64,000 nucleotides of DNA from assembly GCA_017694875.1 (NCBI GenBank), contig JADIMG010000084.1:2663-66662 (forward strand), given 5' to 3'. This DNA comes from Candidatus Gallipaludibacter merdavium. GTDB lineage: Bacteria > Bacteroidota > Bacteroidia > Bacteroidales > Paludibacteraceae. Under the pieces are notes generated by a model that was given only the letters and a program-made list of their open reading frames with translations, made no database searches and had not been told where the DNA came from. Numbering within the stretch: the stretch's first letter is position 1; each line of letters starts with the position of its first letter. Shown here one piece after another: positions 45,438 to 55,521 of the stretch. A program made the translations under genes and the position numbers.

Positions 45438-46280
45438 TTACCAGTTCCAAACTCGAACATCCAATTCCTGCTCCACACATTCCTCTAAGCTATCAGGTAA
45501 AAGAGAAAAGAAATCCATATTGCACACCGTCTCCAGGTCATCAACGCTCATCGCATAAGTTTGCAACGGCTTACTGCCTGCCCTATTAGCAAACAAAAAG
45601 CCAATTGATTCAACTTCCTCACCCATGCGCAATACCACTTTAAAAAAAGCGGCAGGAACAACCACCCCAACATCACCTATACGCTGAGGATTATCTGTTA
45701 CTACCGGACCACAAGCAATATACAATCTTCCCCATTTCTTTGCCCATGAACGACATAGTTCCTCCAAGTCATTCCAATCACCTCTATTCAAATTCGGATT
45801 CTGCGGACAAATATTTGTCATCAAAAAGCTGTCGTACATGGCTTGTTGACTCCATTTCACATCTGCAGCAGGAATCATATGTCCCCTATCATAACCGGAA
45901 TGACTATAAGCACTTGTTTCAACACGCGGAGAAGGAGCATCTTCATCGACCTTAAAATGACCGGCACGCTCTACTTCCCCAAAGGTTTCATCATCAGTCA
46001 ACTCATAAGCCACCCAATTAGGAATACGCCAGTCGACATTATAATTCACAACAAACCCTGTTTTGTACAACAAATATTCGCTTCTAGCGTCCGTAATCAC
46101 GGGAAATTCCAGACGCGCCATTTTTTCAGACCCGCCTGCCTTTTCTGGAGAATCAGGACTACGATTGACCCATCCTCCTATTCCCTGACCCACTCTTTCA
46201 GACTCTGCATAGCATAAAAGCGCTAACAGTGCCACAAACACAAGCAATATTCTGTTTCTCATTTTTCCGACTAGATTCAT
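45438..46280 (-). CDS. Secreted DNA/RNA non-specific endonuclease (NUC/beta-beta-alpha-Me family)
   Basis: Signal peptide. Catalytic motif SGYDRGHMIPAAD (DRGH) and downstream NICPQNPNLNRGDW. Confidence 0.8.
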   Translation of the reverse strand: MNLVGKMRNRILLVFVALLALLCYAESERVGQGIGGWVNRSPDSPEKAGGSEKMARLEFPVITDARSEYLLYKTGFVVNYNVDWRIPNWVAYELTDDETFGEVERAGHFKVDEDAPSPRVETSAYSHSGYDRGHMIPAADVKWSQQAMYDSFLMTNICPQNPNLNRGDWNDLEELCRSWAKKWGRLYIACGPVVTDNPQRIGDVGVVVPAAFFKVVLRMGEEVESIGFLFANRAGSKPLQTYAMSVDDLETVCNMDFFSLLPDSLEECVEQELDVRVWNW

Positions 46281-46423
46281 TCAATGTACAAAGATAATCA
46301 TAAATCACGTGAACAGCTATCATGAATGTAAAAAATTGGGGCACATCGCAAAACGACGCACCCCAACTACAAAATTTATCCCTCTAAAATTGAATCCATA
46401 TTTAGGATCCAACTTTTTCGCTC

Positions 46424-46897
46424 CTAAAACAAATAGCGTATTCCCAAACCAAAGCTGGACAATCCATATTCATTAAATCCCACATGATCTTTACCGAAGC
46501 TAGGACCAATAACCGGGCTCCAGTCCAAAGACAATTGCATTGGGAACCAGAAGTTGTATTCCACGCCTATACGGCCTGCCACGCCGGCAAAACCTACAGG
46601 ATGATCAAAACCCCACATTCCAACACCACCACCGACACCAGCATACCAGTTCCACGTGCCTTGTTCCTGCCATGAAGTAATTGGAAATATCCAATCATAT
46701 GTTACTACACCCTCAAGACCAAAGCCATTCAAGAAAGGCAAACCAACCTGAAGGTTAACCATGTTGGACGCACCAACGGAATGCTGATAAGAAAATTCAA
46801 TACCATGACCTAAACGCCCACCAATAGAACGAGATTGGGCATCTGCTGCTACAACCACCATAAGTAGCAACATCATCGACAATAATAACTTTTTCAT
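46424..46897 (-). CDS. Small outer-membrane beta-barrel (porin-family) protein
   Basis: Signal peptide MKKLLLSMMLLLMVVVAADAQ, Gly/aromatic-rich alternating strands, and a C-terminal ...GLGIRYLF. Confidence 0.6.
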   Translation of the reverse strand: MKKLLLSMMLLLMVVVAADAQSRSIGGRLGHGIEFSYQHSVGASNMVNLQVGLPFLNGFGLEGVVTYDWIFPITSWQEQGTWNWYAGVGGGVGMWGFDHPVGFAGVAGRIGVEYNFWFPMQLSLDWSPVIGPSFGKDHVGFNEYGLSSFGLGIRYLF

Positions 46898-46961
46898 TTT
46901 TCAAACAATTAAACGTGTTTATAATTATGTTTATACGCCCCATGACAGGGTATTTTATTCA

Positions 46962-48491
46962 CTATTTAGCATAACTTACTGCCCGCGTTTCACGGATTAC
47001 AGTAATTTTTACCTGACCAGGATAAGTCATCTCATCCTGAATCTTTTTAGCAATATCAAACGACAACAATTCAGCTTCCTTATCATCAATCTTATCAGCG
47101 CCCACAATTACACGCAACTCTCTACCTGCTTGAATTGCATAAGTCTTAATAACGCCTGGATAGGATAAGGCAAGATTTTCCAAATCATTCAAACGTTTGA
47201 GATAAGCCTCAACGATTTCACGACGGGCACCTGGACGAGCTCCGGAAATCGCATCACAAGCTTGCACAATAGGTGCCAATAGGGTTTCCATTTCCACTTC
47301 ATCATGGTGCGCACCAATTGCATTGCAAACATCTGGTTTTTCTTTATATTTTTCCGCCAATCGCATACCCAAAATAGCATGTGGCAATTCCGGTTCTTCA
47401 TCGGGCACTTTTCCAATATCATGAAGCAATCCGGCACGTTTGGCTTTTTTCGGATTCAATCCTAATTCAGAAGCCATTATGGCACAAAGATTCGCCGTTT
47501 CGCGTGCGTGCTGCAAAAGGTTCTGACCATAGGAAGAACGGTATTTCATACGCCCTACCATACGAATCAGTTCCGGATGCAAACCATGAATACCCAAATC
47601 AATAGTTGTGCGCTTTCCAGTTTCGATAATTTCCTCTTCCACTTGTTTTCTCACCTTGCTCACCACTTCTTCAATACGAGCCGGGTGAATACGTCCATCC
47701 GTTACCAATTGGTGCAACGACAGACGGGCTATTTCACGACGCACGGGGTCAAACGCAGACAACACAATAGCTTCAGGAGTATCGTCTACAATAATTTCTA
47801 CACCTGTAGCTGCCTCCAAAGCACGGATATTACGTCCTTCCCTTCCGATTACACGACCTTTGATTTCATCCGATTCAATATGGAAAACCGTAACGGAGTT
47901 CTCTATGGCCGCCTCAGTTGCCACACGCTGAATTGTCTGAACCACAATCTTCTTGGCTTCTTTGTTAGCCGTCATCTTCGCCTCTTCCATAATCTCATTC
48001 ACATACGACATGGCATCAGTCTTAGCCTCGTCCTTCAAACTTTCCACCAATTGCGCCTTGGCCTCCGCTGCCGACAGACCTGATATCACTTCCAATTGCT
48101 CTTGTGCTTGTCGATGCAATTTATCCAACTCCTTACTACGATGTTCAATGACAGACATCTGATTCTCAACAGTTTCTTTCAATTGATTCAACTCGTTTTG
48201 TGCACGTTGCAAATCACCTTGACGTTGGTTCAACTGATTTTCACGCTGTTGCAAACGAGATTCCTGCTGTTGCAATTTGCTATTTGCTTGCTGTACTTGT
48301 GCTTCATGTTCCGACTTCAGAGCAATAAATTTCTCTTTTGCCTCAATAATCTTGTTCTTCTTTATCAATTCTGCCTCAGCCTCAGCCTCTTTCAAGGTCT
48401 GCTTGCTGACATATCGCAGAATCAGAAAACAGCCGCCAGCCCCTAACACTAGAGCTGCAAGCGCTATCAATATAATTGCTATAGTTCCCAT
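46962..48491 (-). CDS. rny: Ribonuclease Y
   Basis: N-terminal TM, a coiled coil, a KH domain ([17 protein letters not shown]) and an HD domain (LLHDIGK...GAHHDE). Confidence 0.95.
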   Translation of the reverse strand: MGTIAIILIALAALVLGAGGCFLILRYVSKQTLKEAEAEAELIKKNKIIEAKEKFIALKSEHEAQVQQANSKLQQQESRLQQRENQLNQRQGDLQRAQNELNQLKETVENQMSVIEHRSKELDKLHRQAQEQLEVISGLSAAEAKAQLVESLKDEAKTDAMSYVNEIMEEAKMTANKEAKKIVVQTIQRVATEAAIENSVTVFHIESDEIKGRVIGREGRNIRALEAATGVEIIVDDTPEAIVLSAFDPVRREIARLSLHQLVTDGRIHPARIEEVVSKVRKQVEEEIIETGKRTTIDLGIHGLHPELIRMVGRMKYRSSYGQNLLQHARETANLCAIMASELGLNPKKAKRAGLLHDIGKVPDEEPELPHAILGMRLAEKYKEKPDVCNAIGAHHDEVEMETLLAPIVQACDAISGARPGARREIVEAYLKRLNDLENLALSYPGVIKTYAIQAGRELRVIVGADKIDDKEAELLSFDIAKKIQDEMTYPGQVKITVIRETRAVSYAK

Positions 48492-48524
48492 ACTTTTTAT
48501 ATATATGAATTATTAAAATATCCA

Positions 48525-48569
48525 TTAAAAAAAATGCACCTGCACACTCATTCCCGAGTGTTGCGGTGC
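48525..48569 (-). terminator. Putative terminator/attenuator hairpin between zapA and rny
   Basis: On the minus strand there are stems of 5 and 6 bp with a 3-nt internal loop and a 6-nt apical loop (48536-48549 pairs with 48556-48569), followed by an 11-nt U-run (the + strand shows a(11) at 48525-48535). Confidence 0.4.
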
Positions 48570-48611
48570 GCAATCTATTTACCTTCATCATAAAAGAAAC
48601 CGACTCCAGCA

Positions 48612-48908
48612 TTAAAAGCCGTTATCTTCCATAAAACGATCGATTTCGTCGATACAATCATTTGCCGTTGAAACTAAAGGAGTTTCAGATGCATCCAACA
48701 AGACTTTTCCACATTCTACTGTCATTGCATAAGCCGCTAACATCCACAGCTCTTCCGGCGATTTTCGCGGATAACGCAAAGCCAAATCATCATATACTTC
48801 TCCCACATGAATGCCGGCTTCCCGATAAAGACGCTCATCCGTCATATCCACATTTAACACCAAACGATAAGCGCCTACCCCCACATGTATCTTCATCTTC
48901 TTTCCCAT
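48612..48908 (-). CDS. zapA: Cell division protein ZapA
   Basis: About 98 aa starting from MGKKMKIHVGVGAYRLVLNVD. The layout resembles Bacteroidales ZapA, and it lies immediately upstream of rny. The start at 48908 abuts the stop of the upstream coiled-coil gene; the longest ORF start (48935) would overlap it. Confidence 0.6.
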   Translation of the reverse strand: MGKKMKIHVGVGAYRLVLNVDMTDERLYREAGIHVGEVYDDLALRYPRKSPEELWMLAAYAMTVECGKVLLDASETPLVSTANDCIDEIDRFMEDNGF

Positions 48909-48910
48909 GC

Positions 48911-49207
48911 TTAACCAAGCAACAATTGAAGGCATTTGTCAATCTCGCGCACCATCTTGCCAATCTTTTGTCGGGCAAATGCTTTTTCTTCTGACTTGTC
49001 ATCAAGCATACCATACAAACACCGCAAGCGGTCTGCTTCTTTTTGAAGAGCAACCAATTTTTCACTCTGTTGTGCCATTTCCTTTCTACGCCACTCCAGT
49101 TCCTTCTGCAACTCTGCATTTTCATGCTTCAACGCATTAAATTGTTCTAACAATGTTTGAATGCGTTGACTCAGATTTACTCGGACATCTTCGTTTTTAT
49201 TGGCCAT
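48911..49207 (-). CDS. Small coiled-coil protein (ZapB-like position), function unknown
   Basis: MANKNEDVRVNLSQRIQTLLEQFNALKHENAELQKELEWRRKEM... shows continuous heptad character and is co-oriented with zapA. Confidence 0.5.
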   Translation of the reverse strand: MANKNEDVRVNLSQRIQTLLEQFNALKHENAELQKELEWRRKEMAQQSEKLVALQKEADRLRCLYGMLDDKSEEKAFARQKIGKMVREIDKCLQLLLG

Positions 49208-49536
49208 ATTTCTCCAAAAAACCACACAAAGATACAACTTACTATTCAGATATGAAAATTTAAATCCATTATTTACTTAAGAATTCACTTTTCAGCTCCT
49301 TCCCAACTAAGAATAGGGCCATTATTGTGCTATCAAATTAGTCAAGTTCCTCTCTATTTTATGTCAAAACCCCTCAAGTCACACAGCAAAACCATCAGAC
49401 TATAAGAACTAGCATTAAATACCCTCACGATTAACCATTTAAGTTCTAATCCCACAAAAACATCGGCAGCCCCTTCCCCATAGCCTGAAAGATGGATTTT
49501 CTTGCAAAATCAGGTTGAACTAACTACTTTTGCAAT

Positions 49537-50520
49537 ATGAACCGCATACACATAACCAATTTTATTTACAGACGATACGCCCCAATTGTTATCGCCTGCA
49601 TTTTTATTTGCTTCATATGCATTTCCTGCAATCAAAATGATACGCAAAACATTACATTTACGCCGTGCACTCCTATGCCGGAACAAAGAGCTTCCGCTGC
49701 AGTTGCGACATACGACAACAAGGCTTTCATATATGGAGGAAGGGCAAAAACCCATTCCGAGATTAAAGGCGATTTCTGGCAATATGACCCACAAAAAGAT
49801 TCATGGACAAAACTGAAACAACCACCTCTTAAAGCCAGAACTGGAGCTGTTGCAATCGCAACAGACAGTTTAATATATATTGGGCTGGGTTTTAATGGCC
49901 AGGTTTATAACGATTCATCCTATTTAAGGGATTGGTGGCAATACAATCCCTTAACAGAAGAATGGAAACAATTGCAAGATTATCCGACTAACAAAACTGC
50001 CGCCCCTTCAGCATTCTTGCATGAAAACTATATATATATAGCTTTTGGCTCTTACGATATATCTACCAATAAATTATATCGGTATAACATTACCCACAAT
50101 ACATGGTCGGAAGTCAATGCTGGCTCATGTGCCAAATTAGTGGAAACCGTAGCCACATCGATCAAAGGAAGATCGTTTGCCGGTACTAACAGATATTGGT
50201 ACGAATTTAATCATACAAGCTGCCAATGGGAAAGAAGAGGTGACTACAAAAAAGATGGAAATTGGTTATCATCCACTCTTTTACAACACAATGACTACAT
50301 CTATATTTTAGGAGGTCGGGAATGGACTGCCACTGCCTCCAAATCAGGTATTATCCGTTATAATCTACATTCTGACACTTGGGATTTCATTGGTCATCTT
50401 CCTCAAGAAGCGGGCAAGGAAAATGCAATTGGCTTTACCATCAATGGCATAGCATATTATGGCTTGGGCGAAGAAATGGGCAACACATCTGACAAACTTT
50501 ATAAAATCACTTTCAATTGA
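49537..50520 (+). CDS. Kelch-repeat beta-propeller lipoprotein
   Basis: Lipobox FICISCNQ. Repeated kelch-like blades: DFWQYDPQKDSWTKL, DWWQYNPLTEEWKQL, LYRYNITHNTWSEV, IIRYNLHSDTWDFI. A -7 box TACTTTTG lies at 49524-49531. Confidence 0.7.
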   Translation: MNRIHITNFIYRRYAPIVIACIFICFICISCNQNDTQNITFTPCTPMPEQRASAAVATYDNKAFIYGGRAKTHSEIKGDFWQYDPQKDSWTKLKQPPLKARTGAVAIATDSLIYIGLGFNGQVYNDSSYLRDWWQYNPLTEEWKQLQDYPTNKTAAPSAFLHENYIYIAFGSYDISTNKLYRYNITHNTWSEVNAGSCAKLVETVATSIKGRSFAGTNRYWYEFNHTSCQWERRGDYKKDGNWLSSTLLQHNDYIYILGGREWTATASKSGIIRYNLHSDTWDFIGHLPQEAGKENAIGFTINGIAYYGLGEEMGNTSDKLYKITFN

Positions 50521-50521
50521 C

Positions 50522-51994
50522 ATGCCCATGCGAAAATATCTTATATTCTTTTGTCTCATCTGTTTGCACCTTGCATCCCATGCCCAAAGTAACCCAACGT
50601 TGCTTCACCGCTCCTTATACGGCTATACGGATTATTCTTGGGAAACCGGACAAAAAGACACTATCAGCTGGGGATTTAATGTTTTTGCCGTTGCTTCTTC
50701 CGGCAAATATGCCCCATATTGGCTGTTTACCAACTATGACGGATGCCCCTTCACTCCATACAACGGCTCAACATCAATTGTAATCCAAAAAGCATATACA
50801 AACCCTAACCGTTGGATGGATTATTCATTTAAGGTCAATCCCATGCTTACTATCGACAGGAATGGATTCAGTCCTTGCTTTCAGGAACTTTATTTTTCGG
50901 CCAGATTGCTTGTTTTTGAAATAACCGTTGGCATGAAGCCAGACAACTATGGATATTATGAGGCGGACGAAGATATCACATCCGGTGGATTATTATTCTC
51001 CCATAACGCATCACTCATTCCACGTATTTCCGTTGGAACAACCGATTATATTCCCATTCCATTTACCTTTGGATATGCAGAAATCAAAGGCGGCCTAACT
51101 CACGGTTGGTTTGGCAATGACGGCTATGTAAAAAAAGCCTTCTTGCACCACAAATATGCCGGCCTTAAATTAGGTGGGCGGTTACCCGTCAATATCGGTT
51201 ATGAATTTCATCATGCCGCACAATGGGGAGGAGTATCACCAGTCTATGGAGAATTGGGTTCATCCTTTCATGACTTTCTCAACACTTTTTTCGTAAGGAG
51301 TGGTGGGGTAATGGCCAATGACCAAATCAATGCTCAAGGGAATCACATAGGTAGTCAAATTCTTACGGCTGACTTCAAATGGAAAGACTGGAATGTTTCC
51401 GCCTATTGGCAAACCTTGTCAGAAGATGGTCCCATCCGTTTTTTGTGGAATGCCATGAATGCTTATGACGGATTATGGGGTATCAAAATCAGCAATACCT
51501 CCTTTCCTTACTTGTCAACCATTTTATACGAATTTCTAAATACGACCCAACAATCCGGTGCATTCCATGACAGAGACGGAATCGTCTATGGTGGCGGCGA
51601 CCATTACTTTACAAACGGCATATACAAAAACGGATGGACGTATGGTGGCTTTACTATAGGTCATCCTCTCATCACCTCCCCTGTTCTATTATCCGGCGAG
51701 CAAATTTCTCCGATTTATAATAGAGTAAGAGCCCATCATGTGGGTATAAAAGGAGATATATTCGGCTATAATTACAAGGCCATGACCACGTTCTCCAAAT
51801 ATTACGATGATTATCAAGTACCAAACGGAATAGAAAATTGTGCCATTCTCATCGATGTAAAAAAACAGTTTAAAAAAGCCTGGAACTTGGAGTTTGGTCT
51901 TTCACTTGCAGCCGACATCGGTACACAATTCGGAAACTCCTTTGGAGCTATGGTATCAATTGCTAAAAGAGGTATAATATGGGGACAAAAGTAA
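50522..51994 (+). CDS. Capsule-assembly Wzi-like outer-membrane protein
   Basis: Signal peptide MPMRKYLIFFCLICLHLASHAQ, with the ATG 1 nt after the kelch gene stop. It is a beta-barrel-like, aromatic/Gly-rich sequence with a YAPYWLFTN motif that recalls the Wzi family. It sits in a glycan-gene context. Confidence 0.5.
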   Translation: MPMRKYLIFFCLICLHLASHAQSNPTLLHRSLYGYTDYSWETGQKDTISWGFNVFAVASSGKYAPYWLFTNYDGCPFTPYNGSTSIVIQKAYTNPNRWMDYSFKVNPMLTIDRNGFSPCFQELYFSARLLVFEITVGMKPDNYGYYEADEDITSGGLLFSHNASLIPRISVGTTDYIPIPFTFGYAEIKGGLTHGWFGNDGYVKKAFLHHKYAGLKLGGRLPVNIGYEFHHAAQWGGVSPVYGELGSSFHDFLNTFFVRSGGVMANDQINAQGNHIGSQILTADFKWKDWNVSAYWQTLSEDGPIRFLWNAMNAYDGLWGIKISNTSFPYLSTILYEFLNTTQQSGAFHDRDGIVYGGGDHYFTNGIYKNGWTYGGFTIGHPLITSPVLLSGEQISPIYNRVRAHHVGIKGDIFGYNYKAMTTFSKYYDDYQVPNGIENCAILIDVKKQFKKAWNLEFGLSLAADIGTQFGNSFGAMVSIAKRGIIWGQK

Positions 51995-52725
51995 CGACGG
52001 TTATTAATCCGACATATCAAGCTATTGCTCCTTTTATCGCATCCATTCCTGACATTTTCCACCGAACAGGAAACACCATTTATAAAGAAAGGAACGAAAT
52101 CAAGGTAATGAAAACGGGGGACTTGACCGTCAATGTCAAGCAATATAAGAAACCCATTTTCATCAATCGGCTCATATACTCTTTCCTTCGGCCCTCAAAA
52201 GCAGAAAGAGCATACAAATATGCATTAAAAATCAGCAAAATAGGAATAGCCACCCCTACTCCAATTGCCTATATTATCATTAACAAAAACGGATTGATTT
52301 CTCTTTCATATCTCATTACAGTACAGAGCGATTTGAAAAGAAATTTCTACGAATTTGGCAAAGGCGGCATTGAAGAAAGAAAGAAAATCATTCAAGACTT
52401 GGCCGTTTTTACAGCAGATATGCACCAGAAAGGTGTTTACCATAAAGACTTTTCACCTGGCAATATCTTGTTTGACACAACCCCTGACGGACATACACAA
52501 TTCTCTATAGTCGATATTAATAGAATGCAATTTGGCGAAGTATCCATCAAAAAAGGTTGCGAAAACTTTGCCAGATTATGGGGGAAAAAGGATATGTTTG
52601 AATTGTTGGCACAGTCCTATGCCAAAGAACGAAAAGCAGACCCGAAGAAATGCATTGAATGGACATTGAATGCAAGGGAGAAATTCTGGAAAAACAGGAA
52701 ACATGACTTTTATGAATATGAATAA
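51979..52725 (+). CDS. Lipopolysaccharide (Kdo/WaaP-type) kinase family protein
   Basis: Kinase catalytic loop GVYHKDFSPGNILF and the downstream IVDINRMQF. Confidence 0.7.
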   Translation: MGTKVTTVINPTYQAIAPFIASIPDIFHRTGNTIYKERNEIKVMKTGDLTVNVKQYKKPIFINRLIYSFLRPSKAERAYKYALKISKIGIATPTPIAYIIINKNGLISLSYLITVQSDLKRNFYEFGKGGIEERKKIIQDLAVFTADMHQKGVYHKDFSPGNILFDTTPDGHTQFSIVDINRMQFGEVSIKKGCENFARLWGKKDMFELLAQSYAKERKADPKKCIEWTLNAREKFWKNRKHDFYEYE

Positions 52726-53545
52726 TAATAAAACGTTTAGTGTAGGAGTCATCATCTCTACATATAACAACCCACAATGGCTTGAAAAGACATTGTGGGG
52801 CTATCTTGCCCAAACTGTCAAACCGGACGAGATAATCATTGCCGATGATGGCTCTACAGATAAAACAAAAGCATTATTGCTCAAATATCAAGACAGACTG
52901 CCCATCAAGCATGTCTGGCACGAAGACAATGGGTTTAGGAAAACGGAAATTCTCAATAAGGCGGTACTTGCCTCTACCGCTGACTATCTGATTTTCACAG
53001 ACCAAGATTTGATTCCACGTGCCGATTTCGTGGAAACACATTGTCAATTCGCCGAACAAGGATATTTTCTGTCTGGCGGCGCTGTTATGCTTCCAGCAGG
53101 AATAAGCCAACAATTGACACAAGAAGACATTATCTCACAAGCAGCATTCTCCATTGACTGGCTATGTAAAAACGGCGTCAAACGTTCCTGGAAACTCATG
53201 AAGTTGTGCAAAAACAAAACCATCACCCAATTATTAAACCGCCTTACTACCGCCAAAGCTTCATGGAATGGAGGTAATGCTTCCACATGGAGAAACTTCA
53301 TCTTAAAGGCCAATGGTTTTGACCAGCGTATGAAATATGGAGCAGAAGACCGCGAATTTGGTGAACGACTATTCAATGCTGGAATCCGTTCCAAACAATT
53401 ACGTTATTCACTTCCACTGCTCCATTTATATCATACCAGGCCCTATAGGAACAAGGAAGATTGGGATGCCAATCAAGTTATCCGCCGTCAGACTAAAGAA
53501 AATAAAAGTACAACAACGCCATTCGGTATCAACCAAAAACCATAA
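52712..53545 (+). CDS. Glycosyltransferase family 2
   Basis: FSVGVIISTYNNPQWLEKTL, IIIADDGSTD and LIFTDQDLIP (DxD-like). Start chosen at the MNMNNNK ATG, giving a 14-nt overlap with the kinase gene. Confidence 0.8.
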   Translation: MNMNNNKTFSVGVIISTYNNPQWLEKTLWGYLAQTVKPDEIIIADDGSTDKTKALLLKYQDRLPIKHVWHEDNGFRKTEILNKAVLASTADYLIFTDQDLIPRADFVETHCQFAEQGYFLSGGAVMLPAGISQQLTQEDIISQAAFSIDWLCKNGVKRSWKLMKLCKNKTITQLLNRLTTAKASWNGGNASTWRNFILKANGFDQRMKYGAEDREFGERLFNAGIRSKQLRYSLPLLHLYHTRPYRNKEDWDANQVIRRQTKENKSTTTPFGINQKP

Positions 53546-53547
53546 AC

Positions 53548-54513
53548 ATGAATACGACACAAACACCTTTAATTACAGTTGTTATACCTGTTTACAACGT
53601 TGAAGCTTACGTAGAAAAATGCGTAACATCTGTATGTAACCAACACTATACTAATCTTGACATTATTCTTGTGGATGACGGTTCAACCGATTCATCCGGT
53701 AAAATATGTGATGAACTGGCAAAAAAAGACGCTCGCATCAGAGTATTGCATACAGAAAACCATGGTTTGAGTGCTGCCAGAAATGCCGGTATTGACATAG
53801 CCAAAGGCTCATTAATTGGGTTTGTGGACAGTGATGACTGGATTGAACCGGACATGTACAGTTTCTTGTATAATCTTATGATAAAACATGATGCTGATGT
53901 AACGGTTTGTACTCATTATGTTGACAAAAACGGGAAAAGTAAATGTAAACTTCAAGAGAACCATCCTGTCATATGTAATAGAGACGAAACTATGGAACTT
54001 CTGATGATTGACAAACTATTGCACAATTACGCTTGGGACAAATTATACAAGATAGAATTATTTGATGGTCTCCGTTATCCAGAAGGTGTTCTTTATGAAG
54101 ACATTGCATTTACTTTCAAAGTATTATACCGCGCCAAGAAAACCGTTATATATGCCCAGCCAAAATACCACTACCTGGTTCGTCCTGGAAGTATTGTTTC
54201 GCAACGCTACACCGTCAAGAGAAACCTGTCCTATTTCAATTCGGAATATGTTCTCATGACATTTATGGTGGAACATGGATATGCAAATGGAGCGAAACAT
54301 CTCGTAAGAAGAGGTATACACACATTAAAAAGGCTCATTATGTCCAATGCTCCTGACGAAATTCTAATCGACATCCTTGAACGCCTAAGACCCTACCATT
54401 ACATCGGAATAAAAGAAATTGGGTGTGCCAATGTATGGCGACGCTACATGATGGAAAACCATTTACAGCTTTACAAAAAAACATATCGTTTCTCAAAAAA
54501 AATATTCAAATAA
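53548..54513 (+). CDS. Glycosyltransferase family 2
   Basis: LITVVIPVYNVEAYVEKCV, IILVDDGSTDSS and GFVDSDDWI (DxD). Confidence 0.85.
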   Translation: MNTTQTPLITVVIPVYNVEAYVEKCVTSVCNQHYTNLDIILVDDGSTDSSGKICDELAKKDARIRVLHTENHGLSAARNAGIDIAKGSLIGFVDSDDWIEPDMYSFLYNLMIKHDADVTVCTHYVDKNGKSKCKLQENHPVICNRDETMELLMIDKLLHNYAWDKLYKIELFDGLRYPEGVLYEDIAFTFKVLYRAKKTVIYAQPKYHYLVRPGSIVSQRYTVKRNLSYFNSEYVLMTFMVEHGYANGAKHLVRRGIHTLKRLIMSNAPDEILIDILERLRPYHYIGIKEIGCANVWRRYMMENHLQLYKKTYRFSKKIFK

Positions 54514-54516
54514 AAC

Positions 54517-55521
54517 ATGAATACTCCGTTAGTCAGCGTCATCATACCCAATTATAATTATTTGTGCTATCTTGAACAGCGCATATCTTCTGTTCTTAAT
54601 CAAACATGCAAGGATATTGAGATTATATTGCTTGACGATGCATCTACTGACGGCAGCCAGGATTATTTGGAAAGTTTGTCAGCCATCCCTCAGGTAACTC
54701 ACATTATATATAATCAAACGAATACCGGCTCCCCTTTCTCACAATGGGAAAAAGGTCTCGAACTGGCCCGAGGCAAATACATTTGGATTGCCGAGGCCGA
54801 TGATTTGGCAGATGTCACATTTCTACAGAAATTACTGCCTGCCATGGAATACAACGACCAAATCGTATTATCTTTCAGCGCCTCACAAATGATAGATACT
54901 GAAGGACAAGCCATCAACAAAGATTATGACCATCTGGAAAGACGGAAATATACACATACGAGACTCGCCAGCATATATGACGGAACAGCCTTTGTAAAAA
55001 AGAACATGTATTGGCGCAATTGGGTCTACAATGCAAGCGGCGTACTTTTTCGGCGTTCGGCCATTACAGAAAAAGCATTGAAAGCATTATCTATGCATTA
55101 TTCAGGAGATTGGCTGTTTTGGTCGAACATTGCGAATCAAGGGAAAGTAGTGGAATATCATGAACGACTAAACAAATTCCGTTTTCATACCTCAAGCACA
55201 ACGCACAAAGGAGCATATATGGGTTTTATAGAAGACATTGACATAGTGAAGACATTTAACAGGGATTACTCCATTTCCACACTGAAACGTTGGATTAGAG
55301 GTGGACGGTTTTTCCGCCGCATGAGTAAAATGGGTTTTAGTCAAGAGCAAACCAATAAAATCAGACAAAAAATTTCAGAAGATATTTGTCCTGAATTATG
55401 TGGGCGATTGGCAGACCTTTTATCTAAGATATGTCCGTGGCTTGCTTCTGAAACACACGACTCTGTTGCAGGTCAGGCTCTCCAATTCCCCCTTCAAGGA
55501 ATAGAAGCATGCCCAAAGTAA
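54517..55521 (+). CDS. Glycosyltransferase family 2
   Basis: LVSVIIPNYNYLCYLEQRI, IILLDDASTDGS and WIAEADD. Confidence 0.8.
   Translation: MNTPLVSVIIPNYNYLCYLEQRISSVLNQTCKDIEIILLDDASTDGSQDYLESLSAIPQVTHIIYNQTNTGSPFSQWEKGLELARGKYIWIAEADDLADVTFLQKLLPAMEYNDQIVLSFSASQMIDTEGQAINKDYDHLERRKYTHTRLASIYDGTAFVKKNMYWRNWVYNASGVLFRRSAITEKALKALSMHYSGDWLFWSNIANQGKVVEYHERLNKFRFHTSSTTHKGAYMGFIEDIDIVKTFNRDYSISTLKRWIRGGRFFRRMSKMGFSQEQTNKIRQKISEDICPELCGRLADLLSKICPWLASETHDSVAGQALQFPLQGIEACPK

Noticed and set aside
49238-49536. Possible 6S RNA or other small RNA next to zapA, by analogy with the E. coli zapA-ssrS arrangement
   Set aside because: The region is AT-rich, without the extended imperfect helix expected for 6S RNA, and I could not fold a convincing structure by eye. 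It would need an Rfam/Infernal scan.
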